Part shown: piece by piece, positions 27,415-37,079 of the stretch
Layout of the letters: each line of letters starts with the position of its first letter
Position numbering within the stretch: the stretch's first letter is position 1
Assembly (NCBI GenBank): GCA_026416665.1
Contig: JAOAET010000051.1
Span: forward strand, 11,800-75,799
Direction: 5' to 3'
DNA: 64,000 nt
From: Candidatus Omnitrophota bacterium
GTDB lineage: Bacteria; Omnitrophota; Gorgyraeia; Gygaellales; Profunditerraquicolaceae
Notes under the pieces: generated by a model
Databases searched by the model: none
What the model saw: the letters and a program-made list of their open reading frames with translations, nothing else
Told to the model about the DNA's origin: nothing
Translations under genes and position numbers: made by a program

Positions 27415-28762
27415 CGTTAATGTAATCTGTAAATGAAAGTGACTCTCCCAACTCCTGCTTAACTACTCTAATACGGTCAGCTGTGAAAGGATGGGTCTTA
27501 AGATAATTTTTAGGACGAGGTGGTTTCCTACGATTGTCTTCTTGAAGTTTTTCGAGAAAACTAATCATACCCCGCGGGTTATATCCAGCAAGTTTTGCAT
27601 ATCGTGCTCCTAACTGGTCAGCTAATAATTCATCTTCACGGCTGTAACCCAATAAAAGAGTAGTAAACGCTGCATCAGAAGTTGCTAAAACTTCAGAATT
27701 CTCAGACAAGGGAATACTTAACAAGCGCATAAGGGAATATCCCATAATTGCCTGTAGTCTTTTGATACTGTGCCGAGCAACAATATGCCCTACTTCGTGT
27801 GCAAGAACAGCTGCTAACTCATCATCATTGGAGATTTTTTCCACCAACCCCTTGAAGACATATACATAACCACCAGGAAGGGCAACGGCATTCACTTCAT
27901 TTTCTTCAAGAACTTTAAATTCGTAATTAACATCCTTTCGGTCTGAGACAGTAGCAATTTGCTTACCAATACTTGCTACTTTCTCCTGAATAAGAGGATC
28001 AGAAACAGGCTTGTATTGTTTTTCAATTTCTTTAGCCATTGCTTGTCCTAAGGCTATTTCCCGCTCTGTAGAGTAATAAAATACTTCTTGTTGTCCTGTA
28101 ACTACATTGTATTCTGTAGAACAACCAGAGAATAAACCAGAAACCAAACTCAAGATACAAAAAATAGAAAAACTAAAAATACGCACCCCTATTTCTTTTA
28201 ACATCCGATATAATCGGCGAACAGGCAACCCCACTACATTATAAAAACAACCATCAATCCTTCGGATAAAAAAACCCCCTTTACCTTGTATATCAAAACT
28301 GCCCGCCTTATCCAAAGGATTAACACAGCGGAAATAACCTTTTATTTCTTTGTCTTGTAGATGGTCCATATATATCTTTGTCTTCTCAACGGCAAGCTTG
28401 GTAATTTTTTTCTCTACATCAATAACACATAACCCAGAATAAATCCACTGGGTTTTTCCTGATAAATATTTAAGCATCTTGCTTGCACTGGCTAAATCTT
28501 TAGGCTTTCCAAATACTTTTTTACCTTGCACTACAATCGTATCAGCTGCAATAACAATACCTTTTTTTAAACGGGCAGCTACTGCCTCTGCTTTACGACG
28601 GGCGTTTCTCTTTACTAGCTGAGCAAAAGACATCCCCTCTATAAAATCATCCTCTTTTATTCTACTAGGTATCACAGAAAACTTCAAACCAAATAACCTT
28701 AACAATTTCCTCCTTGCTTTAGAATCCGAAGCTAAATAGATAGGTTTTTGTTTCATTGCCAA
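27380..28762 (-). CDS. Fusion of a Maf-like nucleotide pyrophosphatase with an M48-family (HExxH) Zn metalloprotease, via a signal/lipobox-like hydrophobic segment
   Basis: N-terminal Maf motifs 'IYLASDSKARRKLL' and 'VIAADTIV'. Mid-protein 'RIFSFSIFCILSLVSGLFSGC'. C-terminal M48 'LAHEVGHIVARH' plus the downstream third-ligand region 'ELLADQLG'. One continuous reading frame. Confidence 0.7.
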   Translation of the reverse strand: MAMKQKPIYLASDSKARRKLLRLFGLKFSVIPSRIKEDDFIEGMSFAQLVKRNARRKAEAVAARLKKGIVIAADTIVVQGKKVFGKPKDLASASKMLKYLSGKTQWIYSGLCVIDVEKKITKLAVEKTKIYMDHLQDKEIKGYFRCVNPLDKAGSFDIQGKGGFFIRRIDGCFYNVVGLPVRRLYRMLKEIGVRIFSFSIFCILSLVSGLFSGCSTEYNVVTGQQEVFYYSTEREIALGQAMAKEIEKQYKPVSDPLIQEKVASIGKQIATVSDRKDVNYEFKVLEENEVNAVALPGGYVYVFKGLVEKISNDDELAAVLAHEVGHIVARHSIKRLQAIMGYSLMRLLSIPLSENSEVLATSDAAFTTLLLGYSREDELLADQLGARYAKLAGYNPRGMISFLEKLQEDNRRKPPRPKNYLKTHPFTADRIRVVKQELGESLSFTDYINVEDRPYEKKAR

Positions 28763-28788
28763 CCACTTCTTACTTTTTGCGGATTTTT

Positions 28789-30051
28789 TTAAGATAGAGT
28801 CTTTGTTTTAGCAAGTAACGCAGCAGATTTACCCGCAAGCCAACCGGTAGAGAAGGCTGCTTGTAGGTTAAATCCACCTGTATCAGCATCTACATCAATA
28901 ACCTCACCACAGAAATACAACCCTTGTATGAGTCTTGACTGCATAGTCCTTGGGTCAATATCTTTTACGGATACACCACCTCTAGTAATCATCGCTTCTT
29001 TTAACAAAGCAGTAGAGCAGATTCTTAAGCGAAAATCCTTTAATAATTGCACTATCTGTTGACGTTGTCTGGCAGTTATTTGATTGGCAGTTGTATTTGG
29101 TGAAAAGCCCAAACGTTTAACGAAGACATCTATCATACTAATTGGTAAAAGTTCTTTTAAAATATTCTTCCATCTTTTAGCTGGGGCATTTTGAAATTCC
29201 CGCAACAGTCTATTGTGTAGTTGTTCGAAAGACAAAGCAGGTTTGAAATCAATACTTACCCAAACCTCCTTTTTCTCTAGTAGCCAATCTGCAATTAATC
29301 CACTATAGGTTAACACAAGCGGGCCTGAAATGCCTTGGGCAGTAAAAAGCATCTCTCCAATATCAGTAATAATTTTCTTATTTTGATTAAAAAATGTCAA
29401 ACGTATATTTTTAAGAGTCAGTCCTTCTGGCAATACCTCATCCGTTCCTACCCATAAGCCCACCAGACCCGGCCTTAATGGCACAATACTGTGGCCTGTT
29501 TGTCTTGCCCAACGGATTCCGTCACCTGTAGAACCAGTATCTGGATAAGAAACACCCCCGGTAGCTATTACTACACAACAAGCAGATAATCTACGACCAT
29601 CTTTAAGTTTTACTGCACGAATATGATTTTCCTCAGTCACAATGTCTTTTACAGAACAGTTACAAATAACCTGCACATTTCTGCCTCTTAGTTCTCGCTG
29701 TAAAGTTTCCAATATAGTTTTAGCTTTACCTGAAGCAGGAAAAACTCTTTGCTGACGCTCAACTACCAATTCTACTCCACGCTCTCTAAAAAATTCCATT
29801 AAATCTGTATTAAAAAATTCTTTAAATGCATCACGTAAGAACTGACCGTTAGAGAAGAATCTTGAAAGAAATTCCTCAAGGGAACATAAATTAGTTAGAT
29901 TGCAACGCCCTTTTCCTGTTAGAAGTAATTTACAACCACAAGAAGAATTTTTCTCAAGTAGAATAACTGGATGGTAAAATTGTGCTGCGCAAATAGCAGC
30001 CATCATTCCCGCTGGCCCTGCGCCAACTATTATGATAGGAAGTTTTCTCAC
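28789..30051 (-). CDS. HI0933/BaiN-family FAD-dependent oxidoreductase
   Basis: 'IIIVGAGPAGMMAAI' dinucleotide-binding motif, 'ATGGVSYP' and a C-terminal 'TGGFNLQAAFSTGWLAG' signature of the HI0933 family. Confidence 0.75.
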   Translation of the reverse strand: MRKLPIIIVGAGPAGMMAAICAAQFYHPVILLEKNSSCGCKLLLTGKGRCNLTNLCSLEEFLSRFFSNGQFLRDAFKEFFNTDLMEFFRERGVELVVERQQRVFPASGKAKTILETLQRELRGRNVQVICNCSVKDIVTEENHIRAVKLKDGRRLSACCVVIATGGVSYPDTGSTGDGIRWARQTGHSIVPLRPGLVGLWVGTDEVLPEGLTLKNIRLTFFNQNKKIITDIGEMLFTAQGISGPLVLTYSGLIADWLLEKKEVWVSIDFKPALSFEQLHNRLLREFQNAPAKRWKNILKELLPISMIDVFVKRLGFSPNTTANQITARQRQQIVQLLKDFRLRICSTALLKEAMITRGGVSVKDIDPRTMQSRLIQGLYFCGEVIDVDADTGGFNLQAAFSTGWLAGKSAALLAKTKTLS

Positions 30052-30056
30052 AAAGG

Positions 30057-30617
30057 CTACACCCCAAGTTCTTTGAGTGTAAAGATTGGTCTAAGATTAA
30101 TGTTATGCTGGGCAAGATTTTCTTTTGCACCTTCGCTGCGGTCAACAATAACCAGTGCCTGCGATACGTGTACACCTAATTCCTGCAAAACTTGTTTTGC
30201 TTCAATAAGTGAATGCCCGGTCGTTGCTACATCGTCCACTAAAACAGCAATCTCATTAGTTTCTAAAGCAGGTCCTTCAATTCTCTGTTGCCTACCGTGG
30301 TCTTTAGGTTGTTTACGAATAATAAAGGTCTTAAGAGGTCGCTGGTTTAAAAAGCTTAAGCACGCTACTGCTCCAACAATGGGGTCTGCTCCTAAGGTAG
30401 GACCACCGAACGCATCTACTGTTTCGTCCTTTAACATTTCTAACATAAGCGAAGCCACCAACCAAGAGCCTTCCGGCATCATAGTGATAATTCTTCCATC
30501 AAGATAAAAAGAACTTTCTTTTCCAGAAGAAAGAATAAATTTTCCGCGTTTAAGGGCATGGCGTTGGATAAGTTCAAGAAGCCTTTTACGCATCTGTTGT
30601 TCATTAAGCTTTTCCAT
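30057..30617 (-). CDS. pyrE: Orotate phosphoribosyltransferase
   Basis: PRPP-binding motif 'VLVDDVATTGHS', 'GGPTLGADPIVGA', about 186 aa. Confidence 0.8.
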   Translation of the reverse strand: MEKLNEQQMRKRLLELIQRHALKRGKFILSSGKESSFYLDGRIITMMPEGSWLVASLMLEMLKDETVDAFGGPTLGADPIVGAVACLSFLNQRPLKTFIIRKQPKDHGRQQRIEGPALETNEIAVLVDDVATTGHSLIEAKQVLQELGVHVSQALVIVDRSEGAKENLAQHNINLRPIFTLKELGV

Positions 30618-30773
30618 AATTAACCCCTTTTCTGCATGGCCTTTATATTTATAACTTTTGATTCTAGGACTTTGATTTAATTACAACTTTACTGGTATTA
30701 TACCATCCACCCTTCTATTGTCAAATAACCAAACCTTTGACAATAAGTTATTTCGTTGCTATGATAAAGCATT

Positions 30774-31508
30774 ATGGAAAACTTCTTAGTAAATTTCCTG
30801 CGTGGCTTACGCAATCTTATTTATCCAGCAGTATGTCTTGGTTGCTCAAAGAGACTAAATCCTGATGAAGAAAATAATTTTCTCTGTCGAAACTGCTGGC
30901 AAGCACTTAAAAGAAATGTTCCACCTTTTTGCACAAGATGTGGACGCACTATTGAACAAAAAAATAAAGATTTTAATATTTGTAAGCTCTGCCAGAATCG
31001 AAGCGTCTACTTCGATAAGGCATATGCACCTTTTCGCTATGAAGGAGCCATACAGAAACTTATTCATTCTTTTAAATATAAAGGAAATGATTATATAGGG
31101 AAGGTCTTAGCTGATAATATAATAGAGTTTATTTTAGAATACCATCTTCCTGTTTCTGAGATAGACGTAGTTATGCCTGTTCCGTTATATAGTAGTCGTA
31201 AAAGAGAAAGAGAGTTCAATCAGGCAGAAGTATTAGCTCAGTTAATCGCCAAAAGATTTAATAAAACCTTAGTAAGTAACAACTTAATACGCACGCGTTA
31301 TACTTCTACACAAACAGAATTAGAATATGCGCAAAGATTAGAAAATGTCAAAGGGTGTTTTAACCTAAAAAGGCCACAAGAAGTTGCTAATAAAAACGTG
31401 CTTTTGATTGATGATGTATTAACTACTGCCGCAACCGTCTCAGAAGCAGCATCTGTGTTGAAAGAAGCCAATGCCAGATACATTGTTGTTGTAACAATAG
31501 CAAACTGA
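30774..31508 (+). CDS. comF: ComF-family phosphoribosyltransferase-domain protein with an N-terminal double Zn-finger
   Basis: 'CLGCSKRL...CRNCW...CTRCG...CKLC' Cys pairs and a C-terminal PRTase motif 'VLLIDDVLTTAAT'. Confidence 0.75.
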   Translation: MENFLVNFLRGLRNLIYPAVCLGCSKRLNPDEENNFLCRNCWQALKRNVPPFCTRCGRTIEQKNKDFNICKLCQNRSVYFDKAYAPFRYEGAIQKLIHSFKYKGNDYIGKVLADNIIEFILEYHLPVSEIDVVMPVPLYSSRKREREFNQAEVLAQLIAKRFNKTLVSNNLIRTRYTSTQTELEYAQRLENVKGCFNLKRPQEVANKNVLLIDDVLTTAATVSEAASVLKEANARYIVVVTIAN

Positions 31509-31510
31509 TT

Positions 31511-32608
31511 ATGAGAATTATCAGAAATTATATTTTAAGTGAGTTTATAGGTCCTTTGGTTTTATCAATGTTATTGTTAAGTTTTGTATTTACAGTTGGG
31601 CACCTTGTGCAAATTGCTTATTTAGTAATAAATAAAGGAGTGGATACCTTTACAGTGATGAAGCTTTTTCTACTACGTATTCCAGCTATTTTTACCTATA
31701 TTCTGCCTATCTCCGTATTAGTAGCAGTACTTATTTCCTTAGGAAGACTATCTTATGACAATGAAATAATTGCTATGCGCGCAAGTGGAATCGCCCCCAT
31801 ACGTATCGTTGCTCCTCTCTTGGTATTAGGAATAATTTTAAGTATGGCGATGACTATTATCAATGACCGCCTTATTCCCTATGCACACTTCCAGTGGCGT
31901 AAGACTTTAATAGAAGTTGGGATTCGCAACCCAGCTGCTGCACTTGAACCCGGAGTATTTATTACCTCTTTTGAACGTTATATTCTATTTATCTATGCTA
32001 TTGATGGTGAGAGACTCTATAATATCCGTATTTACGAGCCTCAAGGGGAGAATAAACCTACCAGAGTGATTGTGGCACGCCAAGGAGAATTCCTTGCCCT
32101 GCCGGAACAAAAAATTATTAAACTTAAACTAATAGATGGGACTGCAGACGAACCTGACCCCGAACATCCCTCTAACTTCTATAAACTAAATTTTAAGACT
32201 TATTTTATGACTCTCCAACTTGGCCAATTATCTGACCCTAATAAATTAGAAAAGAAACCTAAGGATATGACGGTATCAGAACTTAAAAAGGAAATTATTA
32301 AACTTAAGCAGGCAGAGGTAGATACTACGCCGCTGTTAGTTGAGATTCATAAAAAAATAGCCCTTGGTTTTGCCCCTTTTATATTTGTGCTTTTAGGTGC
32401 ACCTCTTTCTATGATAACCCGCCGTAGAGAAAAATCTCTTAATTTTGGAATTGCCTTTATTATTATTGGTATATATTATCTACTTCTTTTAGGTGCAGAA
32501 GCGTTGGCTATACAAGGTTATCTACAACCTTTGATTGCCTTGTGGTTACCAAATTTAGTTTTAGGTTTTCTAGGTTCTTATTTGTTTGTCCGATTATGCG
32601 TATCTTAG
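31511..32608 (+). CDS. lptF: LPS export ABC permease LptF/LptG family (YjgP/YjgQ)
   Basis: Three N-terminal TM helices, a periplasmic beta-jellyroll region and three C-terminal TM helices. 'IAMRASGI' family motif. Confidence 0.75.
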   Translation: MRIIRNYILSEFIGPLVLSMLLLSFVFTVGHLVQIAYLVINKGVDTFTVMKLFLLRIPAIFTYILPISVLVAVLISLGRLSYDNEIIAMRASGIAPIRIVAPLLVLGIILSMAMTIINDRLIPYAHFQWRKTLIEVGIRNPAAALEPGVFITSFERYILFIYAIDGERLYNIRIYEPQGENKPTRVIVARQGEFLALPEQKIIKLKLIDGTADEPDPEHPSNFYKLNFKTYFMTLQLGQLSDPNKLEKKPKDMTVSELKKEIIKLKQAEVDTTPLLVEIHKKIALGFAPFIFVLLGAPLSMITRRREKSLNFGIAFIIIGIYYLLLLGAEALAIQGYLQPLIALWLPNLVLGFLGSYLFVRLCVS

Positions 32609-33696
32609 ACCGATATATCAGCAATTTTTTTCTAAAAATGTTCTTTTTATGCGTAAGTGTTTTTCTATTCCTTTTTATCATTGTAGATCTGTTTAGCCAT
32701 CTTGAACTTATTCTAGAAAATAAACTTGGCTGGGCCATCTTAAAACATTATTACATAAGCCTTCTGCCAACAGTTTTTATACAAGTCAGCCCATTTGCGT
32801 GCCTACTTGCTACATTATATACCTTTGCCAAGATGAATAATGATAATGAAATTACTGCGATGCGTGCTTCTGGTTTAAGTGTTTTTGATATTACCCGAAC
32901 AACTATCATCTTTGGATTTATTTTGACTATCTTTGTCTTTTGGCTCAATGACCGTGTTGCCCCAGCGTTCCGTTATAAAAACAGTATTATTAAAGAAACA
33001 ATGGAAAATGCAAAACCTAATAAAGAATCACTTCAGGAAGAGATATTGAATAATCTAGCTGTCTATGGCAGGCAGAATCGCTTGTTTTATATTAAAAAAT
33101 TCAATCTCTCAAATAACCAGATGTTTGATATCATTATCCTAGAACATGATAATAACCAAAATATCGTCAAAAAAATAGTGGCGACAAAAGGCATTTATAA
33201 CGATAATGTCTGGAAATTCTTCCAGTGTATAACCTATCAATATTCTGAAGATGGTCAGTTAAAAGAATCACCTAAATACTCGGAAGAAGAAATTGTCCCT
33301 TTTCCAGAGACACCCCAAGACTTTATCTTGCAAAGGCAAAACCCCTCTTTTATGAATGTAGCACAACTTGAGGATTATATCTGGCGTCTTTCTAAAAGTG
33401 GAGCAACAGCAGCAGCCCGAAATTTCCAAGTAGACTATTATGATAGATTTACTATGCCATTGGCAAATCTAATTATTATACTATTAGGTATCCCTTTTGC
33501 CCTACGTATAAGGAAAAAGGCACCAGGGCTGTCAGCGTTTGGAGTGTCGTTAATTTTAGGTTTCTTTTATTACATTTTGTCTGCAATCTGTCTTGCCCTA
33601 GGTAAAGCAGGTATCATTAGCCCTATTTTTGCAACTACCGCTAGCCATTCTATTATGCTTATTATAAGCCTATATCTTTTAAGTACCCTTCCTTAA
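32593..33696 (+). CDS. lptG: LPS export ABC permease LptG/LptF family
   Basis: 'MRILDRYISNFF' start, 'ITAMRASGLS' and the same 3+3 TM architecture. Paralogous to and overlapping the previous gene. Confidence 0.75.
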   Translation: MMRILDRYISNFFLKMFFLCVSVFLFLFIIVDLFSHLELILENKLGWAILKHYYISLLPTVFIQVSPFACLLATLYTFAKMNNDNEITAMRASGLSVFDITRTTIIFGFILTIFVFWLNDRVAPAFRYKNSIIKETMENAKPNKESLQEEILNNLAVYGRQNRLFYIKKFNLSNNQMFDIIILEHDNNQNIVKKIVATKGIYNDNVWKFFQCITYQYSEDGQLKESPKYSEEEIVPFPETPQDFILQRQNPSFMNVAQLEDYIWRLSKSGATAAARNFQVDYYDRFTMPLANLIIILLGIPFALRIRKKAPGLSAFGVSLILGFFYYILSAICLALGKAGIISPIFATTASHSIMLIISLYLLSTLP

Positions 33697-33871
33697 AACC
33701 TAGAAATCCAAAAATTAACTTATCATTTTTAGAAAAGTTTGGCTATACCTGAAAAAATTAAATTATCTTGGTTTAAAACCATTAAAAGGATTTTTATGAG
33801 ATGAAATTATTTATCCGAAATAAAGATGGGGATTAATCTTAGAATATTTTTAAGATATTATTCTTTGTAAA

Positions 33872-34996
33872 TTAGAAGTTTAGATAAACACGAGGGATAC
33901 GATTACCCAAGCTACAAACAATTTCATAAGGTATGGTTTTCGCCAACTGAGCAAGTTCTTCCACCGTTATTGACTGCTTACCTTGCTTACCGATAAGTAC
34001 AGCTTCTTCTCCAATTTTGACTTTAGTGTTACCAACATCTACCATACATTGATCCATACAAATTCTGCCACTAATAGTAAAACGCTTTCCTTTGATTAAA
34101 ACAATTCCTTTATTGGAAAGTGCACGTGGGTATCCGTCACCATAACCAATAGGTAGAGTAACAATATTTGTAGCTTGTTTAGTCACATAAGTATGCCCGT
34201 AGCTAATACCTGTACCTTTAGGCACGCGTTTGACAAATATTACCTTTGTCTTAAGAGCTAACACTGGCTTGAAACGTAGCCCCATATGTCCTTGAGGATG
34301 CAAACCGTAAAGAACTAATCCAGGTCTGACCATGGTAAAGTGGCTGTTACGATATGCAAGTAACCCTATACTATTTGCGGCATGAATAAGTGGTATCTGA
34401 ATATTTTTTTTACTTAGTCTCAGAATCAGATTATTAAACAGATCAATCTGATGTTGAGTAAATTCCCAATCCATATCAGCAAAGGCAAAATGTGTAAATA
34501 ACCCTTCAATATTAAGCCAAGGTAAACAACTAATCTTACAAATCAATTCATCGGCATCCCTATAATCAACTCCTAAACGCGCCATACCCGTATCCACTTT
34601 AATATGGATATTGATTTTTCGTTTGAGGCTGTTTGCGTACTTATTCAGTTTTCTTGCAAAATCAATAGTACAAACTGTGGGAATAAGCTGCCACTTGAAT
34701 AATGCTGGTATATTTTGATTAAGTATAAGTCCTAAAACAAGAATAGGTTTTTTAATACCATCTTTGCGTAGGATTATTGCTTCATCAATAGAGGCAACGC
34801 CAAAATAATCTACCCCACAGCCAACAAGTTTACGAGCAACTGGCACAATACCATGTCCATAGGCATCTGCCTTAACTGTTGCTAAAATTTTAGTAGAAGG
34901 ATTAAGACGCCTGCGCACAATATCTAAATTATCTGCCAGTGCCTTAAGGTCTATCTCTGCCCATGTAGGACGGTAACTAATGATTTTTTTATTCAT
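33872..34996 (-). CDS. alr: Alanine racemase
   Basis: 'ATVKADAYGHG' PLP-lysine motif and a C-terminal beta domain. Confidence 0.85.
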   Translation of the reverse strand: MNKKIISYRPTWAEIDLKALADNLDIVRRRLNPSTKILATVKADAYGHGIVPVARKLVGCGVDYFGVASIDEAIILRKDGIKKPILVLGLILNQNIPALFKWQLIPTVCTIDFARKLNKYANSLKRKINIHIKVDTGMARLGVDYRDADELICKISCLPWLNIEGLFTHFAFADMDWEFTQHQIDLFNNLILRLSKKNIQIPLIHAANSIGLLAYRNSHFTMVRPGLVLYGLHPQGHMGLRFKPVLALKTKVIFVKRVPKGTGISYGHTYVTKQATNIVTLPIGYGDGYPRALSNKGIVLIKGKRFTISGRICMDQCMVDVGNTKVKIGEEAVLIGKQGKQSITVEELAQLAKTIPYEIVCSLGNRIPRVYLNF

Positions 34997-35003
34997 ATTA
35001 AGC

Positions 35004-35702
35004 TTATTTGATGCGCACCTGACACTCTTTAGGATACAAATATAAGGGTAAAACCGTAAAAGTATTACCTATTCTTTTGCCAAGTATAGCCTGTCGGCTT
35101 TCTTTTAAAAGGGCATAGCTTGACATAAACCAGTAATCTTTGTCTAAAAATTGCGCTTCAGGAAATTCCCTTTGTAGTAAATCCTTAGCAAAAATTAGAC
35201 CGTCACCAAAAAATGCTATATCCCCAAAAAATTTTTTTTCAATTGTTTTGTGTATATTTTTAACTAAATCGTCCTGAGAAATAAGTAAGTAAGGCCCTAT
35301 ACGTTTCCATAATCCAGAAATATTTTTATAAATTGCTGTGTAGAGAAGATTCCTTCGTGCATCAATAAGTGGAACAGAAAACCTGGCTTTATTATTTGCA
35401 TTATTCGCTAATATATCCAAACTTACTACCCCTACCAATGGTTTTTTTAGTGCCCAACTAAAACCTTTTAATGTTGCCATACCTATACGTACACCAGTAA
35501 ATGACCCTGGGCCTCTACCACAGCAAAAATAATCAAAATCCTTTAGGTTAAGCCTAATACTTTTAGTTATTCTCTGAATCGTTGGGATAAGTACTTCCGA
35601 TAGACGACGACCAATCTCAATCTCATAGAGATATTCACGGTCTTGCTCTGCGATTCCAATACACAAACGGGATGTAGAGGTATCAACGCTTAATATCTTC
35701 AT
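35004..35702 (-). CDS. tsaB: tRNA t6A37 biosynthesis protein TsaB (YeaZ)
   Basis: 'MKILSVDTSTSRLCIGIA' and the inactive Kae1/TsaD-like fold 'GPGSFTGVRIG'. Confidence 0.8.
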   Translation of the reverse strand: MKILSVDTSTSRLCIGIAEQDREYLYEIEIGRRLSEVLIPTIQRITKSIRLNLKDFDYFCCGRGPGSFTGVRIGMATLKGFSWALKKPLVGVVSLDILANNANNKARFSVPLIDARRNLLYTAIYKNISGLWKRIGPYLLISQDDLVKNIHKTIEKKFFGDIAFFGDGLIFAKDLLQREFPEAQFLDKDYWFMSSYALLKESRQAILGKRIGNTFTVLPLYLYPKECQVRIK

Positions 35703-36150
35703 AGATTTTTTTAGCTAATTCTTGATAATGCTGTCCATATCCTTTAAAAAAAATTTTTCTTGTCTGCTGCCCAGTTACTTCTAAATAAACCTCAAGAAAT
35801 TGCTTGGGCGTAAGATAACCTAGTTTATCAGCCCACTCAATAAGAGTAACTCCTTCGCCAAAGATAAATTCTTCATATCCGATAGATAAAATTTCATCTG
35901 GATTTTTTAGACGATACAAGTCCATATGATAGACCGTAAGCCTTCCCTCATACTGACGCATTAAAACAAAAGTTGGGCTGGTTACTTCTTTTGGGATAAC
36001 ACCTAGACCTGCACAAATTCCTTTCGCAAGTACAGTTTTCCCTGATCCTAATTCACCTATTAAACAAAGGATATCTGCCGGTCTCAATTTCCTTGCAATT
36101 TTCTTCCCTAAAGAGAGTGTATCTTTTTCCGAATTACTTATAAATTGCAT
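35683..36150 (-). CDS. tsaE: tRNA t6A37 biosynthesis ATPase TsaE (YjeE)
   Basis: Walker A 'GELGSGKT' and the characteristic 'HMDLYRL' motif. Confidence 0.8.
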   Translation of the reverse strand: MQFISNSEKDTLSLGKKIARKLRPADILCLIGELGSGKTVLAKGICAGLGVIPKEVTSPTFVLMRQYEGRLTVYHMDLYRLKNPDEILSIGYEEFIFGEGVTLIEWADKLGYLTPKQFLEVYLEVTGQQTRKIFFKGYGQHYQELAKKIYEDIKR

Positions 36151-36152
36151 AA

Positions 36153-37058
36153 CTAAAAGTGACTGAAACCTTGTGGCTTTAAACGAATTTTCCTACCAAA
36201 GCGGTCAATCATTATCATACCGAAACTTGCAGGCATAATTTGACCTAATACAAAGAAATTCTTTTTTGTCTTTCTTAAACGTCGTGCCTCTCTCAATGGC
36301 AAAGTAAACAGTAACTCAAAATCTTCACCACTGGTTAAGGCATCCCAAAGATTTTCACACTGCGTTGACCAAGGGATTAGTTCCTCATATAAAAACACAC
36401 CGACTTTACTTGCCTCTAAAATATGGTTTAGGTCCTGCAAAAGCCCATCAGAGACATCTATCATTGCATGCACTTGGTAGTTTCTTACCAGATACTGTGC
36501 TTCTTGAAGTCGTGGAGTGAAACTAAGGTGTTTTCCTTTTATGGAGCCACCAAAAGGTCCGCTTGAAAATAGAATATCTCCTGGCTTTGCCATACTACGT
36601 AAAGCAAGATGCCTTCGTCTTACAAGACCACTTATGCTTACACTAATCGCTAAACGGTCTAATTTGCTTATATCTCCACCAACTATTTCTACATTATATT
36701 GCTGGGCTATTTCTAACATACCGTCATATAAACGGTCAATGGTCTTTATAGGGGTATGCTCTGGTAAAGCTAAGGATACCAGACATGCCTTAGGTAATCC
36801 TCCACAACTTGCTATATCACTAATACAAACTGCCAGTGCCTTTCTCCCTATTAATCTTGGGTCACAATTACTTGTAAAGTCTACTCCCTCTACAATCATA
36901 TCACAACTTAAAAGTTGATAGTGTGTGCGATTATAAGGTAACACTGCACAATCATCACCTATTCCTAATTTAATGCGATTAGATAATTTTATCTTTTCAG
37001 AAATAACTTTAATTAATCCAAATTCACCTATATCCTTTACTCTTTTTAAATCTGCCAT
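36153..37058 (-). CDS. thiL: Thiamine-monophosphate kinase
   Basis: 'GEFGLIKVI...GIGDDCAVL' and 'DMIVEGVDF' AIR-synthase-related fold motifs. Confidence 0.8.
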   Translation of the reverse strand: MADLKRVKDIGEFGLIKVISEKIKLSNRIKLGIGDDCAVLPYNRTHYQLLSCDMIVEGVDFTSNCDPRLIGRKALAVCISDIASCGGLPKACLVSLALPEHTPIKTIDRLYDGMLEIAQQYNVEIVGGDISKLDRLAISVSISGLVRRRHLALRSMAKPGDILFSSGPFGGSIKGKHLSFTPRLQEAQYLVRNYQVHAMIDVSDGLLQDLNHILEASKVGVFLYEELIPWSTQCENLWDALTSGEDFELLFTLPLREARRLRKTKKNFFVLGQIMPASFGMIMIDRFGRKIRLKPQGFSHF

Positions 37059-37079
37059 TCTTACTTATCCGATATCCAC

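Noticed and set aside
29971-30507. 178-aa plus-strand ORF antisense to the HI0933-family oxidoreductase and pyrE
   Set aside because: It lies entirely within two well-supported minus-strand genes. The low-complexity Ser/Cys-rich translation is typical of an antisense frame, and it has no RBS.
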